Source of the DNA: Eledone cirrhosa
Lineage: Eukaryota
NCBI GenBank assembly: GCA_964016885.1
Contig: OZ024747.1
Location: 21,142,001-21,206,000 of the forward strand
Length of the DNA: 64,000 bases
Direction: 5' to 3'
Notes under the pieces: generated by a model
What the model was told of the DNA's origin: nothing
Database searches by the model: none
The model's input: only the letters and a program-made list of their open reading frames with translations
In this document: one piece after another, positions 57,090-64,000 of the stretch
How positions within the stretch are numbered: the first letter of the stretch is position 1
How the letters are laid out: every line of letters begins with the position of its first letter
Made by a program: the position numbers and the translations under genes

Positions 57090-58397
57090 TAACATTATTT
57101 TAGAAATTAATTTAATTTAAATGTTAGTTAACCTATAAATTTAATTTAATTAAAATTCTATTACAGATGAGAATATAAAATATTATGTAATCATAAATTG
57201 TGAAAAACCTTTAAATATTACTAATATATACTTAGTAATTTAATTTATAGATTAATTTTAATTTATTTAAACCTTTTATTATAATTCTTTTACAGATAAA
57301 ATATAACAAAATATCGTGTATCCAATGACAGAGAAATAATTTTTAGTATTATAGACCTAATTAATATACATTTTAGAAATATATTTATAATTTGGTTTTA
57401 ATTTTAATCAACCTAAAAATTTAATTTAATTGGCTTAAAATTAGTATCCTTATACAGACGAATTGCAGAATGTCATGTAATCATAGAATGGGATGTGTTT
57501 TGGATATATACCTAGTTAATATATTCTTTGCAATTTTTGAAAAAATATGTATATGTATATGTGTATGTGTATGTGTGTGTGTGTGTATATGTGTATATAT
57601 GTATATATATATGTATATATATGTATATATATATGTGTATGTATATGTATATGTATATGTATTAATTTTGATTTCTATTTGCATATAATTATATTCTGCT
57701 ATTGATAAAATACAATATCTGTTTTATTTATTATATACCTAATTAACATATACTATAGAAATAAATATATAATTTTTAATTTAGTTAACCTATAATTTAT
57801 ATTCTACTACCGATGTAATACTTTATTTGTTTTTTCCCTATTACTAAATTCATTTCCTAATATTGATACCATAACGTTATTAACTTTAATTTAGTTATAC
57901 TATAATTAATACTCTACTACTATTTAACTTCAAAATTCTGCTTCAAATATTATAAACCTAACTAATTTACACCTTAGAAATCAATATGTTAACTATCTTT
58001 AGTTTAGATAACATATAATTAATGGTATACTTATTTATTTTGAAATGCATAAATTTTGCCTTATTTCTTGTTTATTGTATTTCCTAACACTGAAACTATG
58101 TAAAAACATACATTGGATCCAGATACGGATAATATTCTATGTTTCTTGAAACATATATTTACTATAATCCCCTTCTCCAACCCTCCCTTTCCCCCATACT
58201 ATTATCATCTGTGTTTGTAAGCGTGTATGTATGAATATATATGTAGGTAGGTGTATATATGTTTGGGTATTTATATCTGAATATAAAAATACATATATGC
58301 GCATGCAAATAAGAATGTAAGATTGTGTGTGTATATATATATGTGTGTATGTATGTGTATATGTGTATATATGCATGTGTATATATATGTGTATGTG

Positions 58398-58482
<85 letters not shown>

Positions 58483-58679
58483 ATGTATGTATGTATATGT
58501 GTGTGTGTATATATATGTATGTCTCTCTATTTATATGTCTATCTTCGTATCTATGTGGATATATGTGTGTGTGTGCATGTATACACATATATGTGTTTAT
58601 GTGTATATGTGTGTATGTGTATATATGTGTGTGTGCACACACATATATATGTGAGTGTGTATATGTGTGTGTGTATATG

Positions 58680-58713
<34 letters not shown>

Positions 58714-58737
58714 TGTGTGTATATATGTCTATATTCG

Positions 58738-58794
<57 letters not shown>

Positions 58795-59383
58795 ATATAT
58801 ATATATTATTTATTATTATAATATAACTTATGTGTATGTGTGTATATGTGAGGGTGTGTATGTGTGTATATATATGTGTATATATATGTGTAAAAAAATA
58901 TATATGTGCATGTCTGTTTTTTATGTGTGTGTATATATATATATGTGTATATATATGTATATGTGGGTGTTTGTATGTGTATTTATGGTTGTATGTGTGT
59001 GTGGGTGTATATATATATAAGTGTATGTGTGTATATATATATATATATATATGTGTATATATATCTCTATTAATGCGTGTATATATGTATATGTATATGC
59101 CTTTTTCTTTGTATATCTGAGTTGGGTGAGGGTGTAGTGGTGTTTCTATGTATATACGCATATATGGATGCGTATGTATTTGTATATATGAGTATATGTA
59201 AGTGCGTATGTATGTATGATTATATATCTAATTCTATGTATGAGTATATATGTGTGTATGTATGTTGTGTGTGTATGTATGTATATGTCTATGTGTGTAT
59301 ATATATATGTATGTATGTGTGTGTATGTATCTATGTATGTGTATGTATGTACATATATGTCTATGTATGTGTGTATGTATATG

Positions 59384-59430
<47 letters not shown>

Positions 59431-59628
59431 TTATTTTTTATATATATGTGTGTGTGTGTATGTGTGTGTGTGTGTGTATATATATCTTTATATATGTGTA
59501 TGTGTATGTTCGTGTAGGTGTATGTGTGTGTATGACTATATATGTATGTGTGTATGTGTGTATGTGTATATATATCTATGTGTGTGTACATGTATGTATG
59601 TGTATGTATGTGTATGTGTGTATATGTG

Positions 59629-59699
<71 letters not shown>

Positions 59700-59986
59700 G
59701 TTTCTCTATTTGTATATGTATATGTGTATAGGTATATACCTTTTTCTTTGTATGTCTGAGTTGTGTGAGAGTGTAGTGGTGTTTGTATGTATATACCGAT
59801 ATATAGATGCGTAAGTATTTGTCTGTATGTATGTATGTATGTCTGTATGTATTTGTGTGTATATATAGGTATGTATGTGTATATCTGTATGTATATAAGT
59901 ATGTAAGTGTATGTATATGTGCGTGTATGTGTGTATATATATGTGTGTCTATATAGTATGTGTGATTATATGTGTATGTATGTGTG

Positions 59987-60059
<73 letters not shown>

Positions 60060-60205
60060 ATTTATATGTATGTGTGTATATGTATGTATGTGTGTATATG
60101 TATATGTTTATATATGTGTGTGTATGTATGTTCTAAGTGTGGATGTGTGTATATGTATGTATGTGTTTGTATATGTGTATGTATATATATATGTGTATAT
60201 ATGTG

Positions 60206-60255
<50 letters not shown>

Positions 60256-60883
60256 CTTGATATATTTCTTTTTTCTTTTTTCTTTTTCTTTTCTTTCCTT
60301 TTTAATGTTTATTTATTATTTATTATTTTTTATTTTCTTAGTTTATAGATACATCTATATTAAGCAGTCTGCCCAAACCGTTGAATACTGACCTCTCCCC
60401 CCCTCCCACCTAATTTCTGTATCTTGATCTAAATGTGTGTGCCAGTGTTTTATGTGAGTGAATTAATATCCATGTGCTTAGGATTTTATATCCACATATA
60501 TATATGTGAGTGGGGGTGTGTGTGTGTTTGTATGTTCATAGTTATGTGTATGTTTATGCATATACGCGCGTGTGTGTGTGATTGTACGGATATGTGTGAG
60601 TATGAAAGTATGTGTATACACTTATTTCATATTTATGTGTCTATACGCATCTTATCTGTGCATTATAAACTTACAGAGACATTAACCTTGAAATTTTGTA
60701 TTTGCATCCATCCTTTTGGTATGCGTATACAAGTTGTGCATACATTTTTGTAAAATATGTGTAAGGGTAGTTACATGTATATACACACACCGAACTGCAT
60801 TAAACCTTTTGTATTTTCATTGGTCAATTTTGTTCCCAAACGGACCTGAAATTTTGAATTGTTGTTATTATCAATAAATATAT

Positions 60884-61037
60884 TTCATTATTTCTGAAGA
60901 CGGCGTATATATGTGTTGGTATGTATATTTAATCTTGATAGTTTGTATAATTTTGTATAATTTTGTACATAGATCTGTTGAATATGCATGCCAATTCTAA
61001 CACATATATATCCTAGAAACGATCGTTAAATAATGAA
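60884..61037 (+). ncRNA. Type I hammerhead with ~115-nt stem II
   Basis: TTCATTATTT-CTGAAGA-[long hairpin]-GAAA-CGATCG-TT-AAATAATGAA; stem I is a perfect 10 bp. Confidence 0.8.
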
Positions 61038-61390
61038 CTTTTTTTGTTTAATATAAGGAACTGTTTCATTGTTTATTCATTATTTGTTTAATATTTTATC
61101 TTGACTCTGTATACCGTTTATCTTTCACCGAAAGTGACTTTTCATTACATCTCTTCTTTCCATGATATCCGGAATACATTGAGTTCTTCATACGGATTGG
61201 ACACTACCGTAAACTCTTGGTAGATTTATCTACATATATATATATATATATATGCATGCTACTGTACGTCTGTATACATATATGTATGTACGTATACATA
61301 CATACTTATATATATATAAATATATATATATTTAAATATATATATATAGAGATATATATATAAATATATATATATAAATATATATATATA

Positions 61391-61454
<64 letters not shown>

Positions 61455-61471
61455 AATATATATATATAAAT

Positions 61472-62375
61472 ATATTAAGGAAAAAGAACAAAGGAACTTT
61501 TATGACATTATAACAAGTTTATTGCCGACAGCCGTTTTGTCCGACCATATGGTGGGACTTTTCAAGGCATATAACAGGTAATTGTAAGTTCATCTTTATA
61601 TAATGGATTCCCTAAAGTTCATCTTTATATTATGGATTCCCTAAATCATTAACTTTATTAACCTTTTAAATCTTTTTGAAAGTATTTTTTTCCCCTAATT
61701 TTTAATTTTTAAGTTTAGAACTATCGTAGGGATTATTAAATCTTCGTAAATTTTCTTAAATTTTTTTAATGGAATTTTTTAGAAAAATTTTTTTGAAGGA
61801 ATTTTTTTAGGAAACTTTTTATTATTTTTTTATTCTCTTAGTCTCTTCTGGTTTTTTAGGTTTATTGGGGCTTATAAGCTTTATGCGCTTATTGAGGTGT
61901 TTTTTAGGGTGCTTTTAAGGGATCCCAAGTCTTTTACTTTTAATGCGTAACTTATAAATTCTTTAATTTTTAACCTTCAATCCCTAACTTTTAGGCCCTT
62001 TTCAAATTCTCTTAATCCCCTCTAACCCATCCCTCTTACAACTCCTACAACTATTATAAAAGAGCCCCCTTAGAATATAGACCTCAGATAAACAAGCTGA
62101 GCTGTTGATGTATACCACGATTTCAAACTGCTAATCTTGAGTGAAACGTTGGTGAAAATAATGAACTTACAATTACCTGTTATATGCCTTGAAAAGTCCC
62201 ACCATATGGTCGGACGAAACGGCTGTCGGCAATAAACTTGGTATAATGTCATAAAAGTTCCTTTGTTCTTTTTCCTTAATATTTCTGGTTTGCTTATACG
62301 CATAGAGCTTAACTAGCTACCGTCGCATATTTGGTAGGTCAGGCGTGATCATCGCGATTTACGTACGACCTACCA
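61472..62375 (+). mobile_element. Non-coding PLE-like 3' remnant with inverted 5' arm (61472-61592 vs 62161-62282)
   Basis: ~120-bp inverted repeat, T-rich body, hammerhead, (TA)n flanks. Confidence 0.8.
62185..62231 (+). ncRNA. Type I hammerhead with compensatory U3-A8 core
   Basis: TGCC-TTGAAAA-GTCC-CACCATATGGTC-GGAC-GAAA-CGGCTG-TC-GGCA. Confidence 0.78.
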
Positions 62376-62433
62376 TACATATTGCTTATATAAATATATA
62401 TATATATAAATATATATATAGAAAGATTTGAAT

Positions 62434-62514
<81 letters not shown>

Positions 62515-62518
<4 letters not shown>

Positions 62519-64000
62519 TATAAGTATTAATAAAATAGATGTTCTTTTGATCAAAAGAACATTTTATTATACATATTTCGGATGTACAACAGTACGTCCT
62601 CATCAGACAAAATATAATGATACATGACATACCCTGAGATGTTAAATGGTTAAGATTTAATCAAGGTAGTGATTACCCGATAGAAAATTTTGCTTATATA
62701 ATATCTGTGTGAGAGTGCGAAAACGTAATGAATTCATTAGAGATTATGTGAGTAAGAAAAAACGTTGCATACTTAAAGTGTTCTAAAATTTTCTAGGGAA
62801 ACATCTCATGAATCATAACAGCCAGTGATAGCCACTGGAAAAAGATTTATAAGGAGGGAAAGATAAAGTGTGTGTGTGGGGGGGGGGGTCGAAAGTTAAA
62901 CGGTTAGAATTTGGAAATATTTAATTTATAATATTAATGTGAAGACTCCAGATTTCAGGATTATTTGCTATTTATTTATATATTATTTATATAAATTCGA
63001 TAAGTGTGTTATCATTTCTAAACTTCTGAATTGTGAGAATAACATTTTAAAGGATTTAGCTGGCACGTAAAGAATGAAATATTATACTGTTGATTACTTA
63101 CCTAAATCTAAACTTTAACAAATATCTCAACATATTAGGTATGTAAAGCTTTTGAAGTACTTATTGTTATAAATATTTGAATAACTATTATGTATATAGG
63201 TATATATTAATGAGTCAGTATGTATAAGGTAAAAATTAAATAAAATAACATTTACGGATAAAATTTATAGATATGTATAACCAAGATATCAGTTGATAAA
63301 ATAAAGTACCAGTAATGCACTGGGTAATTGCTGCCTTGTGCCTAAAGTAGAAACAATTATTAGATATAGGGATTTATATGTAGATATATATTAGGTATTA
63401 TTAATACCTAATAATACTTTAGGTAAATCATAACAGTTATACTCTTAACAACGTGTTACATTTATATATATATACATATAAGAAAAACGAATAATGAGTG
63501 CGTGTATAAAATTCAAAATAATGTCTATAATAATTTTTAGTTTGGATATTTTCTCTATATTTGAATCATGTATAGAGAAGTATGGTAGGTATATTTAAAA
63601 ATATATAAAATATATAACTACATATATATTATAAAACATTATATTATAAATAAATAAATAAGAGATCGAAAGTACAGCGAAAATATTCACATTTATATAT
63701 AAGTTTGAATCCATCTCAAATTTAGATATTATAGTGCAGTAAGTATATTTAAAAGGAATATATGCTATATTATACTATAAATAATAGATCAAAAAGTCAT
63801 TAAACATTTGGAGTTATATATCTTTTTCCGGTGGCTATCACTGGCTGTTATGATTCATGAGATGTTTCCGTAGATATAGTATCATACAATTTAAAATTTT
63901 AGAACACTTTAAGTATGCAACGTTTTTTCTTACTCACACATTCTCTAATGAATTTATTACGTTTTCGCACTCTCACACAGATATTATATAAGCAACATTT
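62515..64000. mobile_element. Long family V fold-back element running off the window
   Basis: 62684-62852 is the reverse complement of ~63816-64000 (with a ~23-nt indel); contains a SINE 3' fragment at ~63293-63362. Confidence 0.72.
62560..62614 (-). ncRNA. Minimal type I hammerhead (family V)
   Basis: TATTTTGT-CTGATGA-GGACGTAC-TGTT-GTACATCC-GAAA-TATGTA-TA-ATAAAATG. Confidence 0.85.

Larger units (their letters stand above)
56301..61233 (+). mobile_element. 5'-truncated PLE (~4.9 kb) nested in the internal (TA)n of a family X unit
   Basis: Host element sequence breaks at 56300 and resumes at ~61234; GIY-YIG ORF at the 5' end, hammerhead near the 3' end. Confidence 0.75.

Overview
AT-rich eukaryotic DNA, saturated with microsatellites and without a confidently identifiable host gene. 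The repeat content (CORE-type and Meta-type tRNA SINEs, RTE LINE remnants, very long (TA)n tracts) is most consistent with an octopus or other cephalopod intron or intergenic region; the taxon is inferred. Almost all listed ORFs are simple-repeat artefacts. Real coding sequence is limited to Penelope-like retroelements (PLEs) and decayed RTE LINE pieces. The PLEs are a young element at 21146-24577 with an uninterrupted RT + GIY-YIG frame and ~595-bp inverted pLTRs, two 5'-truncated copies of a second PLE type at 45955-46857 and 56301-57089, and a decayed piece near 35.6 kb. The most striking signal is RNA structure. Read by eye, about 15 type I hammerhead ribozyme (HHR) motifs from at least 8 sequence families are present, nearly all between 28 and 63 kb. 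They lie in elements inserted into (TA)n tracts, often as head-to-head fold-backs. They include a 472-nt tandem retrozyme-like unit, HHRs with large branched stem II domains supported by covariation, and non-canonical cores (U3-A8, A4, G4). Nested insertion delimits a ~4.9-kb PLE whose 3' UTR itself carries TA/TG microsatellites. A ~4-kb 39-bp minisatellite, a 65-bp tandem array, piggyBac-like MITEs and a tRNA-Ser pseudogene are also present. All structures were assigned manually and none was computed.
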